Positions 26,285 through 34,989 of a stretch of DNA of 49,168 nt are shown here, piece after piece (position 1 is the stretch's first letter; each line of letters starts with the position of its first letter). Origin of the DNA: a virus (lineage: Duplodnaviria; Caudoviricetes); the IMG/VR virus record IMGVR_UViG_3300037419_000207, positions 1 to 49,168 of that record; one strand, 5' to 3'. Position numbers and translations under genes: made by a program. The notes beneath the pieces were generated by a model, which worked only from the letters and a program-made list of their open reading frames with translations, made no database searches and had not been told where the DNA came from.

Positions 26285-26653
26285 ATGCGAGTTTCCGCCC
26301 ACGGTGACCGAGCGATTTACCGAACCGACTTGGGGACTATGCGTGCCACGTGGGAAATCCGCGCGGGTATCCCCCGGGTGTTGTTTATCAACGATCACAC
26401 CTCTAAGCGTCCCCCGTTCCGGTGGCCGGATGAACCTATGCCCGCTTGCAGAACCGGTCACATCGCGTTCGGACCCGAGGAATACCCGACGCTCGCTGAG
26501 GCAATCGTGTTGCTTCCGGAGTATGAGACAACCTTGTGGGAGCACGTACGGGCCGAATACCGGGCTGAATCGGCCCCTAACGGAGTTCCGGCGTGCGCTG
26601 CGGGTCGAACCCTCACCGAGGAAGAACGGAGGCTTATCCGTGAGCGTGGCTGA
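26285..26653 (+). CDS. Hypothetical protein
   Basis: ATG just after the XRE gene; operon packing. Confidence 0.6.
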   Translation: MRVSAHGDRAIYRTDLGTMRATWEIRAGIPRVLFINDHTSKRPPFRWPDEPMPACRTGHIAFGPEEYPTLAEAIVLLPEYETTLWEHVRAEYRAESAPNGVPACAAGRTLTEEERRLIRERG

Positions 26654-26822
26654 CCTTCGTGTCCGGCGGTTCGAGAAAGCGGTTACGAACATGCGCCGAG
26701 TGTCGTACATCTGGGAGCAAGCGGGTTGCCCTCAGTCCGGGCCGGTGTATGACGAACTCACCCAGGTACGTATCGAGTTCCAGTTAGCAGACAGAGCGTG
26801 TCACGGACCGCAACCTGAATAA
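26646..26822 (+). CDS. Hypothetical protein (58 aa)
   Basis: GTG overlapping the upstream stop; ends at a terminator. Confidence 0.5.
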   Translation: MADLRVRRFEKAVTNMRRVSYIWEQAGCPQSGPVYDELTQVRIEFQLADRACHGPQPE

Positions 26823-26825
26823 ACG

Positions 26826-26855
26826 AGAAAGCCCCCGTTCCGGCGGGGGCTTCTC
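26826..26855. terminator. Terminator between convergent genes
   Basis: GAGAAAGCCCCCG-TTCCGG-CGGGGGCTTCTC. Confidence 0.75.
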
Positions 26856-26862
26856 TATGTCC

Positions 26863-28323
26863 TCAGTCTTCCCACGAATCGGGGGTTCGGATCACTATTC
26901 GTTTACCGTCCATCCCGAGGATTACCCCGGACTCTCTTAGCAATTGTCTACGGTCGGTCTCCGGATCGTTCCACAACTCGCCGTAGGTTTTGCCGACACC
27001 TACGTCTACCCACCTAGCCGGGGTCACCGTGTTTTCGCTTAGCTCCCGTACCCGCTTAGAGAGCGCGAGCATACGGGTTTGCCAAGCTTCCTCATCATCC
27101 ACGATTCCGTTATCCGATTCCCACTGCAAACGCTGAATAGACTTCTTAGCTGTAGCTAGCTCAGCGGACTTATCCGAACCGGGGATAAGCTCACGGCGGG
27201 TTACTTCCCGGTTGGCGTGGTCTTCGAAGAATTCGTTTAGCCGCCGGTCGACTTCCTCCAACGTCACCGAACCCGGACACCCGGGGTCGCCACCGCACCG
27301 GACATACGTGTAAGTCTTCTCGGTGCCATCGCTTAGCTTGTTGGTTCGGTTGCGCCGACACAGCGACGCACCACAATTCAGGCACACTGAATACCCGGCT
27401 AATGGGTTGTCCGACAGATTCCGCCACTGTCGTTTCTCGGCACGCTCGGATAGGTACTGTTGCAACTTGTCCCACTGCTCATCGGTGAACGTGGCCGGTG
27501 CCATCCGGATTAGGTTGCCCTCGGCGTCTAGAACCGGTTGCTCGGTGCCGGACACCCGAGAGACCTTGATTCCTTGCGTTCTGAGCGACCGGAGGATGGT
27601 TCGGAGACCCGTTACCGTCCACTTCGGTGTTCGTCCACGAGCGTTCGATATAGAGGTGGTTTTGCCCTCAGCGGTGAGCCATCGGGCTAGCTGGGTCAGA
27701 GTCCAGCGTTCATCGACAAGCTTCCGGTACATGTCGTGGAGTAGCGCGTAGCCTTCGGGGTCACGCTCCCAAGCCTTGCCCTTGCCGGACGGGTGCGGAA
27801 CGGTACGGAACCCGAGCGGTGGAGAGCCGGACCCTACGCGGTCCGTTACTAACAATTGCTTAGCTCGGTCTTGTGCACGAGTCTTGAACCGGTTCAGTTC
27901 GATTTGTGCGAAGAACGCACCGATGAAAATAAAGAACTCCGCTAGCTGAGCTTCGAATGACCCTGCGTCCTGGTCGCGGTAGTTGAGAACCAAACCGTCT
28001 CCGGAGAACGCGAGAATCTTTCGGTTCGCTCGGATGAACTTCGCGAATTCGAGACAGTCATCGGTAGACCTAAACGCCCGGTCGATTTTGTGAAACACAA
28101 TCATGTCCCACTCGTGTAGCCGCTCCGGGCGTAGCCACTGCCCAAGGTCCGGCCGCTCGAACGGGGTAGTCGTTCCGGCGGACACGTTCAGGTCTTCGAA
28201 CTGGCCTACTACCTCAGCCCCCTTGCCGGTGGCATACCTGGTGTTCTCTTCGTGCTGGGCTATGTGGGAGACCTTCTCGGTACCCTGAACGTGGGACACG
28301 CGAGCACCCACTAGGGCTCTCAT
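26863..28323 (-). CDS. int: Large serine integrase (Bxb1-like)
   Basis: MRALVGARVS catalytic Ser, EDLNVSA, ERPDL, KIDRAFR, recombinase domain and CxxCG...YVRC...C zinc ribbon; alternative start 28338. Confidence 0.93.
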   Translation of the reverse strand: MRALVGARVSHVQGTEKVSHIAQHEENTRYATGKGAEVVGQFEDLNVSAGTTTPFERPDLGQWLRPERLHEWDMIVFHKIDRAFRSTDDCLEFAKFIRANRKILAFSGDGLVLNYRDQDAGSFEAQLAEFFIFIGAFFAQIELNRFKTRAQDRAKQLLVTDRVGSGSPPLGFRTVPHPSGKGKAWERDPEGYALLHDMYRKLVDERWTLTQLARWLTAEGKTTSISNARGRTPKWTVTGLRTILRSLRTQGIKVSRVSGTEQPVLDAEGNLIRMAPATFTDEQWDKLQQYLSERAEKRQWRNLSDNPLAGYSVCLNCGASLCRRNRTNKLSDGTEKTYTYVRCGGDPGCPGSVTLEEVDRRLNEFFEDHANREVTRRELIPGSDKSAELATAKKSIQRLQWESDNGIVDDEEAWQTRMLALSKRVRELSENTVTPARWVDVGVGKTYGELWNDPETDRRQLLRESGVILGMDGKRIVIRTPDSWED

Positions 28324-28338
28324 TGCCTGGTCAGTCAT

Positions 28339-28388
28339 GTTGTCAAGAGTAGCATCCGCTACAAATAACGGTTGCCGCTCTTGGCAAC
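28339..28388. other. Candidate attP (50-bp imperfect inverted repeat, central AA)
   Basis: GTTGTCAAGAGTAGCATCCG-ctacaaataa-CGGTTGCCGCTCTTGGCAAC (16/20 symmetric), immediately 5' of int. Confidence 0.65.
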
Positions 28389-28401
28389 TATGGGCATGAC
28401 C

Positions 28402-28704
28402 TCAGGAAATCCAGTTGTAGACCGTCTGTCGAGCGGTGCCGGTCTCGTTGATAATGGCCTGAGCCGATACCGGCCCGTCTTCGTGGGTTCCCTGGTGTGC
28501 CGCCCGCGCGGCTGCGGCCATGTACCTAAGTACGTTTTCAACCTCACGACGCGCGGCCTGCAAGTCATCCCCTAGTAGCTGCAACGTCCGCAGAGCGTCA
28601 ATCTCAGTGGTGAACTCGAACACGGGGTCACTAACCCAGCTAACGGAGTTGGCACCATCCGGATACAAGTCTTCTGGGCCGGTAATAAGGCGGGTGTCGT
28701 TCAT
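28402..28704 (-). CDS. Small protein with C-terminal HTH
   Basis: GGAGGG RBS; 'SAQAIINETGTARQTVYNWI' HTH. Confidence 0.75.
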   Translation of the reverse strand: MNDTRLITGPEDLYPDGANSVSWVSDPVFEFTTEIDALRTLQLLGDDLQAARREVENVLRYMAAAARAAHQGTHEDGPVSAQAIINETGTARQTVYNWIS

Positions 28705-28803
28705 GGCTCCCTCCAGCGTCGGTGTCTAGCGGTAGACACGTTACCCCCCACCACACAAACCTGTCTAGTGATAGACTAGTTTGTATTAATACAATCTAGA
28801 TAC

Positions 28804-28842
28804 AAAAAAAGAGCCCCCAGCCCGAAGGCCAGGGGCTCTCTT
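28804..28842 (-). terminator. Intrinsic terminator of the right-arm (leftward) operon
   Basis: On the minus strand: GAGCCCCTGGCC-TTCG-GGCTGGGGGCTC-TTTTTTT. Confidence 0.85.
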
Positions 28843-28903
28843 ACGTATCCGATTGGGCAATCGGCTGGTGTCGCACTTGGTTAGTCCGACGCTCCCGAGC
28901 GTA

Positions 28904-29149
28904 TCAGAAACGCCAGTAATGGTTAGGGCTGAGGGAGATGTACAGGACATTCAGCCAGCACACGCAGATACCCCACATCGCATGTTTGAACAACGAATGC
29001 CCCTGCTGTGTCCGTACGTACACGGCTCCGTCTTTCGCTTGCCTCATCCTGGTTTCCTCCCTCACGGCTGGTGAGGTCAAGATACCACCCGCGATACGCG
29101 CTCGGCGAGACTGCGAAGCGCGGTACGCGGCTACTTGTGTCGGTGTCAC
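28904..29149 (-). CDS. Small membrane protein
   Basis: 'YVR.QQGHS..KH...W...Y.S.SPNHYW' pattern seen at this position in cluster A-like phages; start uncertain. Confidence 0.6.
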   Translation of the reverse strand: MTPTQVAAYRASQSRRARIAGGILTSPAVREETRMRQAKDGAVYVRTQQGHSLFKHAMWGICVCWLNVLYISLSPNHYWRF

Positions 29150-29343
29150 GGCTCCCACCACAAATCTTTCAGGTCAGCCAATATCTGAGCCTGAACGTGC
29201 TTAACACGCTCGTTCACTAGCTCTTGTTCGTCCGGGTCGAGCCCCGACATGTGCTTAGCGACCGACGCTGAGTGAGGGTCGCGGGACATGGATTCCTCAA
29301 CGATTCGGTAAGCAATCTGCCGAAGGTTCTTGTTTATATCCAT
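29146..29343 (-). CDS. Hypothetical protein
   Basis: GAGGA RBS; operon packing. Confidence 0.6.
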   Translation of the reverse strand: MDINKNLRQIAYRIVEESMSRDPHSASVAKHMSGLDPDEQELVNERVKHVQAQILADLKDLWWEP

Positions 29344-29479
29344 GGTTCCTCGCTTGTCGATTGAGCACGGGCTACCCATTCGATTCGGTTGCCGGACTCT
29401 TTACGCACTTCGTAGCTACGGACACGCCCAACGAAGATCACTGTTCCGTCTTCGTCAACCATGATCATTTGTAGTGGCT

Positions 29480-29917
29480 TCACGGTGTCACAACCCTAAC
29501 GATTCCAGCCCCCGCAATAAGCTTTGAACAGTCGTAGCAGGGTTCCCGCGTGACATATATTGTCGCGCCTTTAAGGTCTTCGCGGTCGCAGTAGAGTAAG
29601 GCGTTCGCTTCGGCGTGGATTGCAACGCATCTGCCGTTTCCTGCTGAATAATCAGCTCCGGGGGCACAGCCGCTTTGGCGGCGAGGGCAAGACTCACAGC
29701 CCGGCATTCCTCTAGCAGCGCCGTTATATCCGGTAGCCCGAATTCGCCGGTCTTTGACGACGACTGCCCCGACTTTATCCCGTTCACAGTCCGAGCGAGT
29801 CGATACCGTTTTCGCAATCGCAATGAAGTACTCATCCCAATCGGGCCGGGGGCGGGCCGGGATTTCTACTACATCCACAACCCGTCCCGAGCCGTCTACT
29901 ATTTCGTATTCGGTCAC
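29480..29917 (-). CDS. dCMP deaminase
   Basis: RPDWDEYF, TGYNG, HAEANA and PCYDC zinc motifs. Confidence 0.92.
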   Translation of the reverse strand: MTEYEIVDGSGRVVDVVEIPARPRPDWDEYFIAIAKTVSTRSDCERDKVGAVVVKDRRIRATGYNGAARGMPGCESCPRRQSGCAPGADYSAGNGRCVAIHAEANALLYCDREDLKGATIYVTREPCYDCSKLIAGAGIVRVVTP

Positions 29918-30111
29918 ATTCGTTCCAGTAGCTCTCGAATACTTCGAATCTCTTTACCCAGTTCGTCAATCCGGGGTTCCATACTCCGGGCAAGGTATGG
30001 GTAATCCGGGTAACAGTCCAGCCGATCCCTAAGCAACCGGGTAAGAGCACGTTCGTGCATCCGAAGAATCTTCCGAACCTGTCGCTTAGCCCTGCGCTGT
30101 TCCCACGTCAT
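29914..30111 (-). CDS. Hypothetical protein
   Basis: 4-bp overlaps with neighbours. Confidence 0.6.
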   Translation of the reverse strand: MTWEQRRAKRQVRKILRMHERALTRLLRDRLDCYPDYPYLARSMEPRIDELGKEIRSIRELLERM

Positions 30112-30299
30112 CGTGCGTCCCCCACTACGTGAAGTTCCTCAGCCGGAATGTTGTACTCGCCGTCGATAGCCTTAACGGCCATAATCATTGTCTCGGTGTC
30201 AAATCCGATGATATGCCCGAACCGGATAGGCAACCGCTTAGGGACGGGTTGCCACCACACCGCGTACGGCAGCGGAGTGTCATAACGAACCATTGCCAT
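30108..30299 (-). CDS. Hypothetical protein
   Basis: AGGAG RBS; 4-bp overlap. Confidence 0.6.
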   Translation of the reverse strand: MAMVRYDTPLPYAVWWQPVPKRLPIRFGHIIGFDTETMIMAVKAIDGEYNIPAEELHVVGDAR

Positions 30300-30314
30300 T
30301 AGGCGATTCTCCTA

Positions 30315-30701
30315 TCAGGGGTGCTGAATGCTCGGGACCAAAGTCTCAGGCTTAAAAATCACCGTGTAGTGATCCGGACTGACCTTCGCGCTATCCAACT
30401 GTTCGACCATGTATGTAACGTTGTCGGACAAACCCAAGTAATGCTTTTTGTACGTATCCGGACCGGTTTTACAGGTAACTTCAAGCTTCCGATCACCCGG
30501 CTCGATAGAGCACCGACCCTCAATCGTGAGCATGTACTTATCTGTAATACCGTTGTAGAACACAATCCGACGCTCAATCTTGAACTGTTCGGAGTCTTTC
30601 GAGATGTTCTCCGATACAACATTCGCGTCGGAATCTACACAGCCCGCGAGCACCGACACAGCAGCGATACCCGCAAAGCAGGCCATAGCAAATTTACGCA
30701 T
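30315..30701 (-). CDS. Conserved phage lipoprotein
   Basis: Lipobox LAGC; 'RRIVFYNGITDKY.L.IEG.CS...YKKHYLGLSDNVTY' family. Confidence 0.85.
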   Translation of the reverse strand: MRKFAMACFAGIAAVSVLAGCVDSDANVVSENISKDSEQFKIERRIVFYNGITDKYMLTIEGRCSIEPGDRKLEVTCKTGPDTYKKHYLGLSDNVTYMVEQLDSAKVSPDHYTVIFKPETLVPSIQHP

Positions 30702-30713
30702 TGGGATTCTTTC

Positions 30714-32582
30714 TTAGTCGTGACTTGCAGTCATCCAGTTATCCCCGGCCGGACCAGACGACACAGGGAACTCAATTCGTTGTCCGCCGTAGCGGGGTTC
30801 AAACTCTGTTTCCATTAATCCGATGAGGTAATCTCGGCACTCTTCCCAGTTTTTTTTCGGCACCGAGAAAAGCATCGCGTCGTGAATCTGGGCTTTCACC
30901 CGACGCAGGACATGAACCGGCATACGCAGCAAAGCGTCACAAACGATTTCACGGGTACCGTTCTGGCCTTTGAGTGCCGGGGCTTGTGTGAACTCTCGAC
31001 CCTTCTCGACCCAGAGTTTCCGGCCCCATTCGTTTGTTACGTATCCGCGCTGGGCTTCTTTCCTAACCGCGTTCTGCCAACCAACCAGAACATGAAACGC
31101 TTTGTTCATTCCCTCGCAGAACACTTTCGCGGTACTGAGCGGAAGACCAGACGCACGGGCCAAGCCCTTAGGTCCACCACCGTAAGACCAGCCATGCCCG
31201 AGAGGCTTAGCCATCTGCCGATAACCCTTAGGGTCGGTGTTAACTACTTCCTCTCCCCAAGCGGCTAGCGCGTTAATCATGTGACCATCGGCACCGGGCA
31301 GGAACCTCTCGGCGTATTTCCGGTCACCCGAGTACGCCGCAACAATCCGAGCATCAGCATTCGAGTAGTCGAGTTCTATCAGAACTTCGTCCGGTGAATC
31401 GGGAATAAAATACGACTTCTCTACCGCACCTTCGCCCCGCGACGTCCAGATAGTCAAACCAGGTTTAGTGGTCGACCAACGGCCGGACCGTTGGAGCATT
31501 GTGATATCCGGGTGAACCTTCCCGTCCGGGTGGACGGAATCTAGCGCGAGCTGAGATAGCGACCGCTGACCCTTAAGCTCGGCCAGAGCCCTACCCAATT
31601 CCTCAGCCGGTGTGCCTTTGGTGAGGTTAATCAGCGCCTCACCACCGAGCGACGGATTGCCGGTAGCCGTACGCGGCCAATCGGTGCGAGTAGACGGGGT
31701 AATACCGTGGTCCGCAAGCGCAGCCATAATAGCCGCCTTGCCTTCGGTTGTAGCCCACGGAGACTTACCCTCAACCGGGAACCCGTACTTCTGTTCGAGC
31801 GAATCTAGGATGTCTTCGCGCCGAACTTCGAGTTCGTCCCTACGGCGGGTAGCCGCCTCGATATCGACCCGCATACCGTTACTCGAAATGATCGCTTTCC
31901 GGGCCGATATGCGCTGTTCCCGCATCGCGTAGTCATCCAGTGGCCCGAGCTTTAAAAGTGCCTTAGCGACCGATCTAGAGGCTTCTACGTCCCCACGGAG
32001 GTAATCCCGGTAACGCTCATCGTCCACCGGGATACGGCCGAATCCCATATCCAGCGGAGACAGTTCCCGAACCCACTCGACCTCAACCCCGCTACTCGGG
32101 TCTATGTAGTTGAACGCTGGTTTATCCGGTGCGAATTCCTTAGCTAGTTCCTTAAGGTCATGGGTTTTACCCGCTACACCCAACTGAAACGCTTGTTCGT
32201 CCAGACCGAACCACCGTTTCATTTTCTCGGGTGAATCGGCCAGCACGGTTTTACCGTGCCGGTTGGTGAACTGGTACGGGGCCGGGTGTACTAGCGCTGC
32301 ATGGTCCCACGTGTCGTAAACACGCCCCTGGTCCGTGAGTTCGAGCGGTTCGTTCGACTCGTGTCCGAACACGGCCTTCAAGTCGAAGGCATGAATATTG
32401 TGCCCGATGATGAACCGAGCCTTACGAATCTGCGCTTTGAGTTCTTCGAGGTCGGTAGTAATAACCACCTCTCCGTCATCCCATGCGTACCCGATGAGCC
32501 GAACAAATTCGCTCGGCTTCATCGAATACAGCAACTCAGCGGAGTGTGTTTCTACGTCAAAAATCAAAGTCCGCTGAGCCAC
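30714..32582 (-). CDS. DNA polymerase I (family A, with 3'-5' exonuclease)
   Basis: FDVET and GHNIHAFD (exo); DYSNADARI (motif A), RQMAKPLGHGWSYG (B), QIHDA (C). Confidence 0.95.
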   Translation of the reverse strand: MAQRTLIFDVETHSAELLYSMKPSEFVRLIGYAWDDGEVVITTDLEELKAQIRKARFIIGHNIHAFDLKAVFGHESNEPLELTDQGRVYDTWDHAALVHPAPYQFTNRHGKTVLADSPEKMKRWFGLDEQAFQLGVAGKTHDLKELAKEFAPDKPAFNYIDPSSGVEVEWVRELSPLDMGFGRIPVDDERYRDYLRGDVEASRSVAKALLKLGPLDDYAMREQRISARKAIISSNGMRVDIEAATRRRDELEVRREDILDSLEQKYGFPVEGKSPWATTEGKAAIMAALADHGITPSTRTDWPRTATGNPSLGGEALINLTKGTPAEELGRALAELKGQRSLSQLALDSVHPDGKVHPDITMLQRSGRWSTTKPGLTIWTSRGEGAVEKSYFIPDSPDEVLIELDYSNADARIVAAYSGDRKYAERFLPGADGHMINALAAWGEEVVNTDPKGYRQMAKPLGHGWSYGGGPKGLARASGLPLSTAKVFCEGMNKAFHVLVGWQNAVRKEAQRGYVTNEWGRKLWVEKGREFTQAPALKGQNGTREIVCDALLRMPVHVLRRVKAQIHDAMLFSVPKKNWEECRDYLIGLMETEFEPRYGGQRIEFPVSSGPAGDNWMTASHD

Positions 32583-32585
32583 GGG

Positions 32586-32747
32586 CTACATCCGTTCGTC
32601 TATTAGGTGGATGAGTCGTTCGCATTCATGAGCCAGCGCCATGCATTCACGCGCATAGTCCAACGGACCGCCCCTATCGAAGCTGTCCCGAGCCCGATTC
32701 ACGGCTGCGTCACGTAGGGCAGTGAGGCGGCTAATCGTGTTTGTCAC
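32586..32747 (-). CDS. Hypothetical protein (53 aa)
   Basis: GTGA overlap, GAGG RBS; fills the gap. Confidence 0.55.
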   Translation of the reverse strand: MTNTISRLTALRDAAVNRARDSFDRGGPLDYARECMALAHECERLIHLIDERM

Positions 32748-33091
32748 GGCTTAACCTCTCGGTGGTAGATATCGCGCACGGTCCGGGAAATAGTCGCCGG
32801 GTTGACGTTGTAGATACGCGCTAGCGCAGCCTGAGAAACAGCGGTGGTTTCCCACAGCTCCCGAATCTGCGCTACCTCACGCGCGGTAAGCTTCTTGCGG
32901 TTGCCGTACCGCAGTCGGACGCATTCAGCTCCGAGCCGGTTATTCTCGGCGTACAGCCGATCTACCGTCTCTTGTTTCTCGTCTAGCAACGTTCCGAGCT
33001 TCGAGTTCTGATCAGCGAGAAAGTCTCGCTCATTCTCCAAATCGGTCACTTCGGTAAGCGTGTACCGGGTTACCGGACAGTTGTCACTCAC
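32744..33091 (-). CDS. HTH DNA-binding protein with coiled coil
   Basis: NRKKLT..EV..IR...SQAALARIYNVNPATISRTVR. Confidence 0.8.
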   Translation of the reverse strand: MSDNCPVTRYTLTEVTDLENERDFLADQNSKLGTLLDEKQETVDRLYAENNRLGAECVRLRYGNRKKLTAREVAQIRELWETTAVSQAALARIYNVNPATISRTVRDIYHREVKP

Positions 33092-33777
33092 GGTGCTTTA
33101 CTCCCGTTGTCGTTGAAGGCTGCGAACGTCTCTGGCGCTTCAAAAAGCGCCAGAGTCTCCATCGCGTAAGCGATTTGGGCTACCTCGTACTGCGGATGAG
33201 ACCCAGCGTCGTAAGTCCGAAGCTGTAGAAAATGCATAAGCGACCGGGCGTTAAAGGTCATAACCCCAACAGTCATGGTGTTAGACGGAAGAGCCATCCG
33301 GGCGACCTCACGGGCAATGCCGTCGCTTAGCAATTCCTGGTAAGAATCCCAAGCAACCTGACATGTATAACCCATCTGGGCCGCCATGTTCCCGTGCTGT
33401 TCATCGGTGCCGGACTCGATTCGGTATTCCATCGGCTTACCGACTTGTACAATCGGCCGACCCTCCGGCGGTACATAAAACCGGGGGCTAAGCTCCCGAT
33501 ACCGGCCGGACTCCCGAGAGAGCGAAGTACCTACCCGGTGCTGTTGAATCTGAGGCCACACGAACAGCGGGGCTTCGATTCTGAACGTGATGTGCATGTG
33601 CTCGAACGGCACGCCGTGACCATCCCGGATAAGCGCCCGGATGAGCCCCCGACGCTCCTCCGGAGTGGAGGAAGCGCCGAGGGTGGAAGTCCGAGCCGCA
33701 AGTACCGGTTTGGTGTCGTCAAAGTCGGTGTAGAGAACTTCGACATTCATCCGGTCTACGAACTCGATTTCACTCAT
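33088..33777 (-). CDS. thyX: FAD-dependent thymidylate synthase
   Basis: GH..PFEH, HR...S.ESGRY, AREVAR..LP, NARSLMHFL.LR, PQYE motifs. Confidence 0.93.
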   Translation of the reverse strand: MSEIEFVDRMNVEVLYTDFDDTKPVLAARTSTLGASSTPEERRGLIRALIRDGHGVPFEHMHITFRIEAPLFVWPQIQQHRVGTSLSRESGRYRELSPRFYVPPEGRPIVQVGKPMEYRIESGTDEQHGNMAAQMGYTCQVAWDSYQELLSDGIAREVARMALPSNTMTVGVMTFNARSLMHFLQLRTYDAGSHPQYEVAQIAYAMETLALFEAPETFAAFNDNGSKAP

Positions 33778-34058
33778 TCGGAATCGGTCTCCAGCGTCGA
33801 AGTGAGTTCGACCTCATAGAACGCAACCCGGTCCGCGTTGTACGAAGTCATCTTGTCGAAGCCTTCGATAACCAGAATCCGAGCACCGATATCCACGGCC
33901 ATAACCCCGGGATGCTCGTAATAGGTACCGTCATTCATGTAAATAGTTGACGTGTAATCCTTGGGGCTGGGGATATTGGCTTCGCCGTTAGCCCGCTCTT
34001 TGGCAGCCTCATCCTTATTGAACTGGCGGATGATGTCTTCGAACGACATTTCAGACAT
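33774..34058 (-). CDS. Hypothetical protein
   Basis: AAAGGA RBS; 4-bp overlap with thyX. Confidence 0.65.
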   Translation of the reverse strand: MSEMSFEDIIRQFNKDEAAKERANGEANIPSPKDYTSTIYMNDGTYYEHPGVMAVDIGARILVIEGFDKMTSYNADRVAFYEVELTSTLETDSE

Positions 34059-34132
34059 GGGATTCCTTTTGGTTTAGAGGTTGGTAACCGGCCGGGTGCA
34101 GGAATACGCACCACACCCGACCGGGGTATTAC

Positions 34133-34147
34133 TGAGCCAATGTCAAG
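34133..34147 (-). promoter_or_regulatory. Stoperator-like repressor site
   Basis: Perfect CTTGACATTGGCTCA on the minus strand, intergenic. Confidence 0.8.
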
Positions 34148-34156
34148 ATTGGCGCA

Positions 34157-34624
34157 TCACTTAAGCCACATAGGCGATTCGCCCGAGCCCTGCGGGGGCA
34201 TGTAGGCACGCCAGGTCTTACCGTTCTTCGAGCCGGTCTTGTAAGTCCAGCCAGGAGGGCATTCCGGGTCACCTGCCTTAGGCTCAGGCTTAGCCGCCGG
34301 GGCTGCGTTTCCGCTTCCGCCGCGTGCTGGTTTATCCCCGTCAACCAGAATGCCGAAGCCCTTACCGAGCTGAGCGGCCAACTCCAACAGTTTCTTAATG
34401 TCGTTGAAGTTGTCTTCAACGGAACGCTTCAAGTCGCTAGCGCTGGCGGCTCGAATCGAGACGGACGGGGCACCGTAGCCCGCTCCACCCTTGAGAATCA
34501 GAGTCGAGTAGTTAGCGTCACCGGGCGTTGCCTCGAACGGTCCGGCGTAATCGGCGGGTGCATCTACGGTCGGGGCTTCGGTCTGAGCCTCATCGGTCGC
34601 AGGGGCGAACGGGTCAATAGCCAT
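34157..34624 (-). CDS. Conserved cluster A-like hypothetical protein (DPF N-terminus); possible upstream in-frame start at 34759
   Basis: AAAGGA RBS; DPF..., KGGAGYGAP and YKTG.KNGKTW.AYMPP motifs. Confidence 0.75.
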   Translation of the reverse strand: MAIDPFAPATDEAQTEAPTVDAPADYAGPFEATPGDANYSTLILKGGAGYGAPSVSIRAASASDLKRSVEDNFNDIKKLLELAAQLGKGFGILVDGDKPARGGSGNAAPAAKPEPKAGDPECPPGWTYKTGSKNGKTWRAYMPPQGSGESPMWLK

Positions 34625-34755
34625 AATTAGGGTTCCTTTTGTCTTCCAGTAGTTGATACGTTTGCGGAGAATCGGAGCGCACTCCGTCACTGTCCCCCGC
34701 TCCACCACGAACCCGGCACAAAACCGGTCCGTGGTGACTTGATATAAACCGTCTT

Positions 34756-34989
34756 TCATCGGCCAGCGATACGCGCTAGCCAGTGATACGGGTCGATTCG
34801 GTTCGGTAGAAGGTTGTACAAATGAGCGATAGTCACAACCCCGAACAGAATCGTTAGCCACCGATGGGCTTCTAGTTGCCGGTCTACTTCCTCGCTCAGT
34901 AGCTCGCCAGGCTTAGCGAGCACTTCGTGAACCGTGACTAGACCGAACAGCAGTAGCCACGCTCGGCGCGCTGTCAGCGGATAGGACAT
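34756..34989 (-). CDS. Small membrane protein
   Basis: 'RAWLLL...HE..A.PGELLSE.VDR...HL.N.LP...DP' motif; start uncertain. Confidence 0.65.
   Translation of the reverse strand: MSYPLTARRAWLLLFGLVTVHEVLAKPGELLSEEVDRQLEAHRWLTILFGVVTIAHLYNLLPNRIDPYHWLARIAGR

Noticed and set aside
32040-32140. Extra segment in Pol I as a possible intein or intron
   Set aside because: Short, in frame and lacking intein C/S...HN termini; likely a loop insertion
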